Source: the human T2T-CHM13v2.0 reference genome, Homo sapiens
NCBI RefSeq assembly: GCF_009914755.1
Contig: NC_060932.1
Strand: one strand, 5' to 3'
DNA: 64,000 nt
Shown here: piece after piece, positions 24,646-37,781 of the stretch
How the letters are laid out: every line of letters starts with the position of its first letter
Numbering within the stretch: the first letter of the stretch is position 1
Notes under the pieces: generated by a model
Database searches by the model: none
Told to the model about the DNA's origin: nothing
The model's input: only the letters and a program-made list of their open reading frames with translations
Made by a program: the position numbers and the translations under genes

Positions 24646-27559
24646 ATATGTACTTTAGTTTCTCACTATCAATTTTCAAACTAACAGTCATCACAAATTC
24701 AGTACAGACTTGATTTACCAGGAGTGTCATATACGAGCTTTATAAAAAGTGAGTCAGGAAACTTTTTTTTTTTTTCATTTCAGGAAAGCACTCAGGGGTG
24801 CCCAGCAGGACAGCCTCCAGCTCTTCCAATCAGAGCTGTAACACCATTTCCTGAAACACCGTTTTCAACTAAGCTTTGGAGTGACAAAAATACCTGTTAT
24901 CACGGACTAATGCCTCCAGGAAAGAAATCCTCGTGATATGCATCTGTCCCCAATATGGCCACAGTAAATCTGAGAGGAAGAAGGCACAGGTAAAAATTAG
25001 GCTTGCTCATAGAATACAATATTTATGACTGTTGTTTACGCCTGCTTGTTTTACAGAGGAAAATTAAGAGCTGTGGAAATTAAAGACTAAGATACGCAGC
25101 TAGCTAAAAGCAGAGCCTAAGTTCCAGGTTCCTGATCCACTGCTCATTATTCTTTGAAGAAAAGATCACTCATATTGTTAAGGATTCTTTAGATCTTATA
25201 TAGAAATCTACAACATTTACACCTCTATTCTGAATATTTAACTGACTCTGAAATATACAAGGCACTGTGCTGGGCCCTGAGGAATAAAAATTTTGTGTAA
25301 GACTCCAAAGCTGCACTTAGAGGGCTTGTGATTGTATGGAGGTAGCTAGTGGGAAGGAGATTGGAACGTGTTCCCAAAAGTTTCTAGAAAAAGATAATTT
25401 AATACAAATGTTGTGTGAATGGAACAGAAAGGTACCACAGGTACACTAAGGGTAAAGAAAGTACTTCCTGAGGGAGTAATCAATAAAGCTAAGATTCCTA
25501 CAATTGATCAATGTCCAACAGGAGACCTTGGGTTTTTCAATAAAAGCCATTAAGCAGCAACAGTGATCTCAATCCCATAAAAGGATTCCATAAACCAAAC
25601 ATTTAGTTGGTATAGATAAATAACTGTAAGATACCTTATTAAATGTCCCACTATTAAAATTAAGCTTTACAATTATCTACCAATTGGACAATGCCACCAA
25701 CACATGACAGTATTAGTGTTCTTGTTTTATAAACGTTGTCGTGTGTGTGTGCGTGCACACGTGTCTTTGTATATGAATGTGTATGTATACATATATAACA
25801 AACAGGGGTGTTATTGAAAAACATTTAATGAAGTTAATGTAAAGTATTAATGTCCAAAGCAAAAAATTAAGACTATATTTTTATTTTCTAGACAGAACTA
25901 TGTGTTTATACGCATAATAAAACTGCTTTCCAAGTGATGTAAGTTCAAGTCACTTTAATCATTCCCAAATCACCTGCTGAGGTTTAGCATTTCTTTTCCG
26001 CATATCCCATCACACTGTGTCCCTCCTCACTGGGTTTCCGCTGCACACTTGGTTGCAGTGAAGGAATGGCTGCTGTAAGGGTCTGTCTGCTCTTGGTTCC
26101 CCAGCGCTCCCAGAGGCCGTGAGCCAGGACGTGTCCACCAACACTGGGGCCTGCAGCCTCATCCACTGCCCCTGCCTGCTGAAGCTTGGAGTGAGGGGGC
26201 AGTGACCCCTAGGCCCTTCTCCCACCTCCAGCTCTGTGTGCCCCACAGTCATGGGGCCGCCTGCATTTGGGCTGACTCACAGCCTCTGCTGGGGACACCA
26301 TCCTCTTATGCTCTTTGCCAAATGGTGTGGAAGACTTTGCAGCCTTTATGCTTCACACAGAAGCTACGGTTTGAGTGTGCGCGTGTGGGGGGGGGGTGTG
26401 TGTGGTGTGTGAGATTTATGTTTGTTAGATAATAAATGATTCTAAGCATTTAAGTCAGTTATAGCCTCTCTTTTATGGAGAGTGAAGGCAGTAAAAGATT
26501 CCCTCCTCCCCACCCTTCACTTTACCTTATATTGTTGTCTGAAAATCTATTATCAGACTTAAAGGAAAGATGGACTAAATTATGCTCCAAATATTTTGAG
26601 TTGTATAAGGCCAACTTTAAACCCCGCTAGCCTTCCTGTTCTGTAAAGCTTTAATGAACTTGTTTCTCTATCTAGTCATAGAAACCAAAACCCCAACTAC
26701 CATTAATTCAGATCAAATAAATTGCTACTACTCTGAGAAGAAATAATTATGGACTCTTTGATGTTTTCTTCAGCTTATTAACTTTATATAATTTGCCTTG
26801 GGAAATATATTTTAACCCAGTATCAAAAAAGTACATATCTATTTATACTTCTGATTCCTAACTCAAAATCTCAAACAGTCGAATATGTTAACAGATTAAG
26901 AAGATAAGCATTTTTATCTTTGTTTCTAGTGCACAAAGAAACTAGGTCTGAGAACTGTTAAATAATACATTCATAGTCATAAAACCAGTCGATGGAGGTG
27001 ATTTCGAATATAAATTTCTCTGCCTCCCAAAACCATGATTCTTTAACTTTCTTATAATGTTGTCAGTGATAATATTTGCATAAATTTGACACAGTAATAT
27101 TTAGGAATCTGAGATAATATGCAATGACAAATTTACTTTTTACCACAAACACTTTATTACGATAGGGAAATTATTCATATCTAAGAGAAATTGTTTTCTG
27201 TGTCCTTATAAAATGTTTCAATTTATTGCTCAATTCCACTGTTAATAATTTCATTGTATTATTCTCTGCCACCACTAGGCTGTCTTTTTAGTTGTATTCA
27301 TTGTCTGGCTTTCTGTGGCCCAGCAGTAGTCAGAGGAATGGGGTTTACATGAGTCTCTTAAAAGCCTTAGCATTTATGTATTACTATTCCTTAAAGAGGA
27401 TGTGAATTGGTGAGCTAACGAGGTTTTGAAGAAAGGCTGAATCTACTTGGGATGATTCTTTTTATCATGCAGAGCAGTAGATTTCCCATATGCACTGTGG
27501 AGAGGTGAGTGGGGAGGTTTTCAGTGGAAGAATGGGGTGAAATTCTGTAGCCTTCTAGC

Positions 27560-28090
27560 GCTGTGCATTCCAGTTTCTATTGCTACATAACAAACTGCTG
27601 CGGAACATGGTGGCACAAAACAAACTCAGCTGCACTCACAAATTCTGTAGGTAAGGAATTTGGAGACAGCAAGAATGGATTGCTCTGAACCACATTGTCT
27701 GGATTCCCAGCTGCAAAGACAAAAGCTGAGAGTGACTGTACGGCCAGCAGTTGAAATCTAGGGCAATGCCTTCAACTCACCTACCTGGCAGTTGATGTCC
27801 TCTGTTGGCTGGGGCCTCAGTGGGGCAGTTACATGTGGCATCTCAGCAAGGGCTTGCCTGGGATTTGTCACAAGATGACAGCTGGTTCCAAGGGTAAGAA
27901 TCCCAAAAGGGAAAGGCAGAAATGCAGGGTGTATTTTGATTTCATCTCAGAAGTCACATACTCTGTGGATTGTGACATTAACATTGGTCTGTCCGTGTTC
28001 AAGGGAGGAATAGACCAAGCACCAGATAAGAGGCATGCAAAGGTCTTATTGTATGAAGATCATTTAGAATAAAAGACACTGTACCATTTG
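27560..28090 (-). mobile_element. Old MLT1 LTR
   Basis: ctattgctacataacaaact...ctcacaaattctgtaggtaaggaatttgg...cagaagtcaca. Confidence 0.6.
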
Positions 28091-30819
28091 GGGACATCCA
28101 GTCTCCTGCAATGAGTCAGATCTTAAAAATATACTTTCATTACTTTGTGAGCCATGTGATTTCCCAATAGCACAAGCAAGTAGGAAAAGAATCAATGATC
28201 TGAGACTATTTGACAATTAAATTTCTCATATCATGAGACTCTCCCTAGAAGACAATGAAAGTTGACTGTATATTTGTTCTTCACAACTGAATCTTTACTC
28301 CTTCAGTATTCCTATGATATAGACAGTGTAATGTACAATAGCTGATACTTTACCCATCGATTGCCAGTCATTAGGATCTGTTTTATGAAAATGGTGAGAA
28401 AGACACTAGCAAAGCCTGCTTGAGTAGATATGGCCAGGAAAACTCAGTGCAACCAGCAGCTGAATCACAAAACACAGAAGCCTAACCATACCTGAACACT
28501 TCACCAAAACAAGTCAGTAGCAAAGACAGTGTTGGCTCACAAAGTTTTTACTCCCTGTCAAAATATTTGTGGGGTTTTTTTGGAAAGGGGTGGGATATGG
28601 GATAGTGTTAACATCCTTACTTATGTTTGAACAAATATTTAAATGACAGAATCCAAAGAAACCTCCCTTAAAGCAAATAATTTTTGCCTGAATGTTGATC
28701 TAACTACAAAGACCCTCGTTCTTTAAAAGTAGCCCTTAGAAGTAAATGCTGATATGGAAGAACAATTTCAAAATGTGACTTAAAGAAAAGCCGAGATCTG
28801 TTTTTAAATTTGAAAATGAAGTTGTGGGGAAGCTCATAGAATGAAAGAAGACACCGCAGAGGGTCATCGTATCACAGTGTGGTCATCAAAGCAGAGTTCC
28901 AAAATGTCAACAAGCTATGGGAAAATATTTTGTACTTTGCCAGTAAAAGTCATCATAAAAGACAAACCTAATCAGTATTTGGTGGTGCACTCCTCAGTTT
29001 GTCCCAGAGAATGATAAATACTCTTAATTTTCACTTCAATTGAAGTATGCTGCAGCTGGCATAGGTCACAGTGTTGTGTGGGGTTGCAAGGCGGATGGCA
29101 GAATCCCCTTCTTTGTAAGTAAGCTAAAGACACATTATTTTGTGTCTTTTCCTCTTATTGTCCCTGCATCATAATCACTTCTCTATGCCAACAATATACC
29201 TAGATCTACATATCTCAAAACGGTGTGTCATTTAGAGGGGACAGTCATAGGATAAATTAGGTCCAGAGAGCCACCATATGACAAAGTCCATGAGTTAAAG
29301 AGCCCATCTTTACAGAAGGTCCAGGAAAAGCATTAATTTAGTCAGCAGAGGGAAGCAATTGTTGTATCTTGTGTTTTGTGTTAGCAGTCGCATTTTTAGA
29401 GTTTTTATTTCTAACAACTGAAAATACTCATTGATTTCTAACAGATGTCACCTTGTACTATTTAAAAAATAATGTCAGTATTAGAACTCTTCAAAGGTAT
29501 CCCTTACTCTAAGGCTTCTGTGTTAAATTTTACTAATTTTAAGTATCTTCTATTCTTTTCTATTAATACAAAATGCATAAACTTAGATATTAGTTGCTAC
29601 TTAGAATTGATACTAGGGAATGAAAATGTTCTCAGTGTGGGTTTTCTTCTTGGTGATATGTGAATTTGGAGCCTATTTCCCAGAGTGGAAGGGAAGAAGT
29701 AGTGCAAGGTGTCAGAACTCCGTGTCCCTCCAGCCCGGGGCAGACTGTGCCAGTGACACTTCTGTTCTTATTGTCCACTCACCCCACACCTTAGGTCACT
29801 CTCCACCTCCACCAGCAAATATGCTCTCCACATGCGTTCCTTTAAAAGCTGTCCTCCCCATTTTTCCATTCTCCCAGATTCATCCCCTTCCTTCTTGTAG
29901 AGCCATTGAGGAAAGGGTCAAAGTGTAACTAGATGAAACTGTGGTAGATAACCATTGTATTCCTCTTTCCAGCATTGCTTTCTCTTCTCTGGTAGTAGGA
30001 TCCATCTTTCCAGTGGAAACCCATTCTATAAGGATCAAGGAAAACTAACCCTTCTTGATGCCTCCCTGCTAGTACACACATGCACATGCACCCAAGGGGC
30101 TCTGGGAACACATCACTGAGCCCAGACCCACTAAAGCACACATCCCCCAGCAATGGGATTGGTTCAGGGATAGGACAGTTAGAATCTCATCCTAGAATAT
30201 ATGGGTTCTGGAAAAAAGAGGGTCTCTCTGTTCCTCAGTTTTTATGAGCTGCATGGACTATGTGAGCCTGGACCTGCCAGTGCCACACTTAAAGATACAT
30301 GGCCTGAAAATGAAGGTGCCAGAGAAATACAGAGAGAAATAGAGCCCTGGCGTCATCATTTGAACACTGAATCTGCCCATATCCCTCATCTGAGACATCA
30401 GCTCCCTGAGCTTCACTGCAGGGGAAGCCCCATGACTTGTGAATCAGCAACGCTGTGCTCCCTCTTAGGTGAGAAAGTAACCAACCCAGTCCTTTCCCCT
30501 TCCTAGGACAAACCCTCACTTCCAGAAGGCATGAACCAATGGTGATAAGGCAATCCATTTGTCAAGAATGAATCACTTTTATATTTGGAGAAGGAAACAA
30601 AACTTTCATTATGCAGAAAGACGAAAGACCTGTGTTTCCTCTTGCTAGATACTCAGGCCTTCTTCCTAGCACATAGTGATATCCAAGTTTTATTTTGCAG
30701 CTACTGATGGGAAGGAGATGGCAGTAGGAATGAGTCATGTCCCAACTACCCACTAGATCTCATGAGTTCGTTATGTGTCAGGTGACTATGAGAAGCAGCC
30801 CATGGGAATCCAGAGTCAT

Positions 30820-31330
30820 GTTATTTTAGAACTGGAAGAAACCATAGAAATCATTCAATCCAATGTTTATGTAGTGAGGCCAATTGAAAATAATAATAAT
30901 TTTATCAACTAACACTTAGTGAGTACTTACTATAGTTATATGAGCACAATAACTTTATGTGAATATTTGGTCACTATTTTACTGAGGAGACTATAGTGTA
31001 GAAAAGATAGCATTTTGCACAAAACCACACTAATCCCAAATGGAGCTGAGACTTGAAACTAAGCTGTCTAATTCCCAAGTCTATCCTAGTTTTTATTCTC
31101 CCAATCTCATTAGTTGCAATTCACTAACCTCCATGAACACTGACCCTCAGAATTCCCATCATTTTGCATGTAAAAATCACATTTTTCCCACCTCTTCCAC
31201 TTACTAACAATGTGGCTTTGGCAAATTTACTTGACAGACACAAGTTTTATACAACTAACTCATAGGTCTGTTGAGAGTAGTAATTCAGGACACATGAAAC
31301 ACTTGGTATAACAATAAATATAAGGATTTA
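30820..31330. mobile_element. MIR fragments
   Basis: ttagtgagtacttactat...attttactgagga; ccacttactaacaatgtggctttggcaaatttacttgac. Confidence 0.55.
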
Positions 31331-32264
31331 TAATTATTGATGTTATCAGTAGCAGCATTGTTCTTTTTAAACAAAAACTTGCTGATACATTTCCCTAGTA
31401 AATAACTCTCAAGCTTGAACAACATATTTTTAACCTGAATTTCTGGGTGAGATGTGTTACGACATACAAATATCAAGTTTTATTGATAATTTCAAAAATA
31501 CAGAATATCTCCAGTTTGGGTGAAGTGAGAGAAATCTGGGACTAAAAGGGTGGTTCCTAGTCCTTCCTTCCTGCATCAGACATGGTCTCTTCCCCTAAAT
31601 AATAGCTGGAGTTTCTAATGAAGTTGCAGTTCAACTCAAACAACAAGGAGAACATCTAAGTTATGAAACACGTCCATTGTATAACCCAAAATCATAAACC
31701 CTTAGATTATAGGTTTATTATAAGTAATCCTCTAGCCAGGGACATCCTGCTAAAGATATTCTGTAGGTTTTTTCCACATAGCAAAAATCACTATTTATCA
31801 CAGGTCTAGTTGGCAAGGAGAATAGACAGTCACTGTTTTCTTTGCTTTCTCCACTTAGTTGCCCGGTGGTGAGGGGGCTTCCTCACAAAACAAATGAACT
31901 GGTTGCAGACCAGCTATTTTAACTCTTTCCTCCCTAGTTCCATTAAAAAATATTAAAAACAGCTACACTAGATCCTGTAGTTCAGTCTGTGTCTTATATG
32001 CACTTTTATAGCATAGCTCATAACAATGTCTCCTCTGCTAGTGTCATTCCGAGGCTATATTGCTGCCAAATTATTTGGCTTCCAATATATTGGCTTCCTC
32101 GACCAACTCAAATTCAAATAAGTCATATATTATTGAAAGCAGTTGCCACTTTAACTGTCTCCAAATATTTGAATAATTTTTATTTTAACTTTTCTAGTAA
32201 TTTCAAGTATAAGATAAATACACAGATAAAACAATTTTAAAAATATATCTAGGTAGATGGATAG

Positions 32265-32837
32265 TGTAACCAAGTACCTCCATTTTTCTAAGTTGGTTGA
32301 ATTTTTTTTATTATTTTCTCTTCTTTTCTTCTTTCCCCATTACCCCTACTCCCTTCTTCCTACTTAGTCCTTTAGAAATGCAAATGCAACCTTTCACCTC
32401 CCCTCGCCAGACATTCCCTACAGGGTAAGTTCATCTATGTGCTCCAAGATCTCTCCTTGACAGTGGATTTGCAGACCAAAGCATGCCCCAGGGAACCCTC
32501 ACATCTAGGGAGTCACCTCAGGAGAGCATGTCAAAAGCATGCCCACTTGGCCACTTTTACAACTTATTTCTGACCAGGAAGGTACCAACTCAACTGCCCA
32601 GTACATAACTGCCCAGTAGGAGGGGGACAACTTCCCTAGCTCATTTGCTCCCCTACCTTATAAAAGTGCCCGCTTTCTGCTCCCAAAGTGAAGCAGCACA
32701 TTTAAATGCAGGATGCTTTGTGCCCTTCCCCAAGCTAGCTTCTGAATAAATTCACATTTTTTTTTTTTTGTATCAGACCTCACACTCCCTAACTGGACTC
32801 TGCATTCAGCAAACAACTAAACTCCTTTTTGGTTACA
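32265..32837 (+). mobile_element. ERV solo LTR (LTR47-like)
   Basis: TGTAACCAA...TTGGTTACA terminal inverted repeats and a perfect 4-bp TSD ATAG. TATAAAA at 32659-32665 and AATAAA at 32745-32750. Confidence 0.88.
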
Positions 32838-33959
32838 ATAGACCTTTTAGAATAAGCTATGTTGTACTAAAATTTGTGCTGCCATTGCAATATATTGTAG
32901 TTACTTGCTTAATTGCTTGTTTTTTGTAGACTGTAAGATCAAAAATGTATTTGGCCACTTAAGACACTAATAAATCCACTAGTAAAGCACTAAGAAAAGT
33001 TGGGGACGGGGCGTGCCTGTTTTGTTTACCACTGTTTATTCAGAATGTAGCACAGTTCCTGACAGAAATATATGACTGAATATTCTCTCAAACACGTTAT
33101 TGAAAAAAAAGTAACTGTCCTGTCTCTTTGTTCATTTGTTTTATGTTATCATTAGTTTTCACAAACATGGGGACCATCAGCAGGAATGTGAGGAATGTAT
33201 AGTGCTCCCAATTAATCATAAAGAAGATATTATAATGCCTAAAACTTGCTACATATTGAGTTATCTCCCCAGATATATTAAAATTTTCTTTAGAAAATAA
33301 GTTTCTAATTATATTCCATATTCAGAATTCATATACCCAAATACGCAACAACCAGCACAAAGAAAGGATCTCAATTCAAATGAAAAACTATTTGCTCTCT
33401 TATTTCCTTAGAATTTTTCTAACTTATTTTTGTCCTCATTTCACTAACCAACCAAAGATTCCACTGAAAATGGAAGCGGAGGCCCCTACCACACTTGCAC
33501 TCCAATCCCTTATGAAATTGACTTACCAATCAAAGATAAACATGAATAAGAAATTTGCTTTGTTTTGAAAAGAGACTAGGACTCAGTAGTGTGTTCTTCC
33601 CAATTAGCAAAATGAGTCCCTTTTTACTTCCCATGCCTAAGTTTTGCTTCTGCTTCCACAAATCTTTCTTTCATCAAGATACTGGGTTTTAAGTTGTTCT
33701 TTGTGTGTAAAATACTATGCGGTTTAGAAACAGATCATTCTTGGCAGGGATGTGTTGTATTGTACTGGGAGCAGGGCAGAAGGCTGCTTGTGTTTCCAGG
33801 TGGAGTTGCTATTTCTTTATGCTTTTATTGATGGAACAGTTTGATTTTGAATTTTGCATGTTTTTGTAGTGAAAAAAGTGGATTTTCATTGTGAGAGCAA
33901 TAGGTAACATTGAATCAATCCTGGCAGCATTATTGTGAAAACAGGTGAATTATCCTAAG

Positions 33960-34047
33960 CAATTCACAGGTCTGGGAATTAAAGACCACAGTTTAGATCC
34001 CCACAATTCACAGGTCTGGGAACTAAAGATCACAGTTTAGATCCCCA
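33960..34047. repeat. 44-bp tandem duplication (2 copies, 2 mismatches)
   Basis: caattcacaggtctgggaa(t/c)taaaga(c/t)cacagtttagatcccca occurs twice. Confidence 0.97.
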
Positions 34048-34234
34048 CATATTTTGTTTTTATCCACTAATCACCCACAACATTGTCATGGATGGAAAGT
34101 TAGAGTAACCCTTATAGTTTTGAGAAACAGTTTCCATTGTTCTTGCTGAAGTGCAGCATCACTGAAGTAATTATAGAATAAATAATTTACCACAATAATT
34201 GACTGTTGTGATTTTCAGCAGGTACAGTTTTGAT

Positions 34235-34240
34235 TTTATT
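34235..34240 (-). terminator. Distal polyadenylation signal AATAAA
   Basis: tttatt on + strand. Upstream TGTA motifs on - strand at 34261-34264, 34289-34292 and 34307-34310. Confidence 0.75.
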
Positions 34241-35460
34241 GCAAGGCACACAATCGTATATACAATGCATAATTATCATCTTTTAAAGTACAAGATAAAA
34301 ATCATATACATTATAGTAAAGAACATATGAGTATATTCTTGTTTCAGAGAAGAAAATTGCCTTAAGGAAGCTGGGTTATACCGTTTTTGGATGTGATTTT
34401 CGTATTTATACTGAATCATCCGAACAGCTCTTGGTTAGAAAATAAATCTCATTGATAGGACACACAACCTTTCACAGCTTTCACTTTACAATGTTCCAAT
34501 TTAAAGTCAGCCAGTGTGCTCCCTGAATTTGCATGAGTCATCGTATTTCATCCCAGGACTAGATGAAACACCTATAAATTGTCTGACAATAGTTATACAC
34601 GTTTAAGAACTGTATTTCTTAGTAATATATCACAGAATAGAACCATTTTCTTAAGATTTTATGTGACTCTTTATTGATTTTTTTTCTCCAAGCTATTTTT
34701 CCAAATGATGTATTATTTTTGGTATTAAGCCTAGAGTTTTGACTTAAACTCGAAGGATGCTCTTAGATTGGTAACTACTCTGAGATACTAAGAGTGTTTC
34801 CACTCTCCTCCCAGTTAGAGTGGGGGGTTTCCTCCTCAGTGCTGCCCCTGCATGGCTGGTTCATTTCTCTGTGCCTTCTCTGACCCCTCGTTAGGACCTG
34901 TCTTCCAGACCTTCTTACCAGGGTGGAAAGAATAGGGTTCATGTAGAGAATGGATCTGAAGGTTAAACACATGGAGTTCTAGTCTCAAAGAGACACAACA
35001 GACAGTGTCCTCCTTGTTGAGGTCAGAGAATAGGAACATCAAGAAATGAGAGATATCAGAGAGCCAGAGGGGTTTGGACAAATGCATTGCCTGGAACAAT
35101 GAATAAATGGCAATGTGGTCCCTGCTTCACAGCAGGACATCAGGACAAACAGAAAGCGTGTACACACTTTGACAAAGAAATACATTTGTGCAAGTGGTAT
35201 TTTCCCTGCTACGTTGTTTACTTTATCATTCCTTTAAAGCAGTACCCTAAAATGATATTCCCTTCTTCACTCCTTTTTCAATGTTGGGGAGTCGATATTA
35301 ACAAGAATCAAGAAGCTTGGACACCCCTTGTGGGCACATACAGCTACTATTCTCTCCTTGGGCTGCAGACTTACATATGAGGAGATGCAGGAAAATCAGG
35401 CAAACCAATAATGGCAATTAACGCTGTAAGAGCACGTGAAGTGCTAACTTAAAGGAAACA

Positions 35461-35777
35461 GGCCAGGCGTGGCCATTCACATCTGTAATCCCAGCACTTT
35501 GGGAGGCCGAGGCAGGTGAATATTCTGAGGTCAGGAGTTTGAGACCAGCCTGCATAACATGGTGAAACCCCGTCTCTACTAAAAATACAAAAATTAGCCG
35601 GGCTTGGCGGTGCACGCCTGTAATCCCAGCTACTTAGGAGGCAGAGGCAGGAGAATCGCTTGAACCCAGGAGGTGGAGGTTGCAGTGAGCCAAGACTGTG
35701 CTACCGCACTCCAGCCTGGGCAACAGAGCGAGACTCCGTCTCAAAAAAAAAAAAAAAAAAAAAGAAGACAGAAAAAA
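35461..35777 (+). mobile_element. AluS in OPRK1 3' UTR (antisense to mRNA)
   Basis: Full dimer with A tail. TSD ttaaaggaaaca at 35449-35460 and 35778-35789. Confidence 0.97.
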
Positions 35778-37694
35778 TTAAAGGAAACACACTACTGTGA
35801 TTTCATCTCATAATCCTATCTCTGTTATACTTTGCACTGGAAAGGAATCTGACGAGAAAGTCTCTTGGGTTTTCCTGTTCCATAAAGAAGTTTTTATATT
35901 TCCTATTTCACCAGGGCTTGTTTCTGGAACTATCCTCTATATAGATATCCTTCCTGTACCATAGCCAAGATTTTTAACTATGGGATTAGTGTAAACCAGT
36001 ATTTAAGCAATTCCTATTTACATTCAGTTATAAAAATACAAGGGCAGATAGGAATCTCAATAAAACAAGAAATACTCAAAAGAGCACTTCATTTTCATTA
36101 GGAGAAATCACTTCCATTCTGCCATATGTCATCTGTGTTAGGTGCCATGATAATCTGGAGTAGAGGCAAACATGGTCAGAGTAACATTCTGAAGCCATGT
36201 GTAAAACCTTCAATGCAAGGTTTTGTTTCCAAAAGGTGAGAGTACATACACCACCGAGAACTTGCATGGTGAACAGAACTTAACAGTTGTAATGATGTCT
36301 GTAGTTACATAGGGCTATATATTCAATTTTTCTATTAAATTCCAGAGGATGCAGCCCTAGTAATATATAGGCTTGGAGTGTTATTTCTAAATTATCCCTT
36401 TTTTCTTCTCAGGCAAATTACAGAAAAAGCCATTACCTCTGAAATGGTAAGTTTCAGGGGGAAAAAGAGGGAATTTATATGTCATCTGGAAGTTTTAGCA
36501 AAATTACCCTAAATGTGCTGCTCCTGGCATTATCCTCAGCAGGTATGCCCTTCACAGAATGCCATGCAGGATGTGTCCTGGCACCAGGAGGGACATCATG
36601 TCCTCATTCAGCACACATTTAGGAACAATTCTACTTCCTGCTGAGAGCCACAAAATAGTACCTTGAGATCTACAGAAGCAAAACACCTTCCTCTCCGTGA
36701 ATAGAGAGATCTGCGAATCGCTATATGTTCATAAAGAGATGTGGCAAATAAACTAGATCCTGCGAAGGCTACAACCTGGGAGCTAGTTAAAGCCTTTGTG
36801 ATTCATTAGCACATGAGTTGTGAGCACTGTTACGGGACTAAATGGTATTCAGGGAGTCTGAAAGAGATCATGCCATGACTAATTCCCAGCAAAATGTCTC
36901 AGCATCAACTTAGCAACTCAGGGGATATCATTAGTGTGCCCTCAGGAAATTGCCTGGCTGGGAGGCAAGCCTATTCCTTATTCACACAGGTACTATTATT
37001 TACAGAAGATACTATATATATATTTTCAGTGGTATTCACACCACTTTATGTTTCTTGACAATGGGACATGCTTTATTATAAGACTGTTTACCTGAATAGC
37101 ATGCTAAGAAAAAAAACTGTAGTTTTTGGGAAATTAAACCATGTTAAAAACAATCTTTTGAACGTTTAAATAATTTCATAAATAGCAAGATAATGTTCTG
37201 GTATAAGTGAACATCAGATTCCTCAGATGTGGGTCCAAGCCATATGTAAGCTGTAATTCTTACCACACAGCCACATGAAATGCATGTCCACACAGCATAC
37301 AGTGAGCTGGGCATGAACCCTGGAAATAGTTCCCATTCCGTTGGAGGTTGTTGCTGTCATTGTGAAACATCTGGATTGGATGCCCATTGAGCTCTGAAAG
37401 CAATGTTTTTTCTTTTCCTTTTTTCTTAAACCGAGCTTTTGAAACTACGTTTCATAGGAAGGCCACAGCAGATGGGTGCTGAACCTTACCTAGCAAACCA
37501 GAAGGAAAAGACCTGTTCCCTTGTTCATCAGAGGAACTGAGGCTCTGCCTCGCTTCTGTGCCCTAGAGAAGAGGTGCATGTGTTGCGTGGACCTTTTGTC
37601 CTTGATGTTTCCACTGATCACGAACGTGGTCTGCATCTGATGACTTCAGACCATGAGATCTCTAAAAGTTTATTTTAAATTCTATCTTTTCATG

Positions 37695-37781
37695 TCAGAC
37701 TGCAGTAGTGATCTGAGTTAAACCTAGATCATTGAACTCCTCTCTTCCCGAAGAACTGTACGAAGACATCTCCACGACTAG
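37695..37781 (-). CDS. OPRK1: Stop-codon readthrough extension of OPRK1 (X+LVVEMSSYSSSGREEFNDLGLTQITTAV; 409-aa isoform)
   Basis: TGA is followed by CTAG, then 28 sense codons to the next in-frame TGA at 37697-37695. OPRK1 is an established UGA-CUAG readthrough gene. Confidence 0.9.
   Translation of the reverse strand, partial: LVVEMSSYSSSGREEFNDLGLTQITTAV

Larger units (their letters stand above)
34210..37781 (-). other. OPRK1: OPRK1 long 3' UTR (~3.5 kb)
   Basis: Continues from the stop codon to an AATAAA at 34240-34235 that is preceded by three UGUA motifs. Cleavage site approximate. Confidence 0.75.

Noticed and set aside
33960-34047. Direct repeat as a CRISPR-like array
   Set aside because: Two adjacent copies with no spacer, in a mammalian genome.
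37745-37756. C(UUCG)G tetraloop downstream of the readthrough stop
   Set aside because: The stem is only ~3 bp, and the CUAG motif alone accounts for readthrough.
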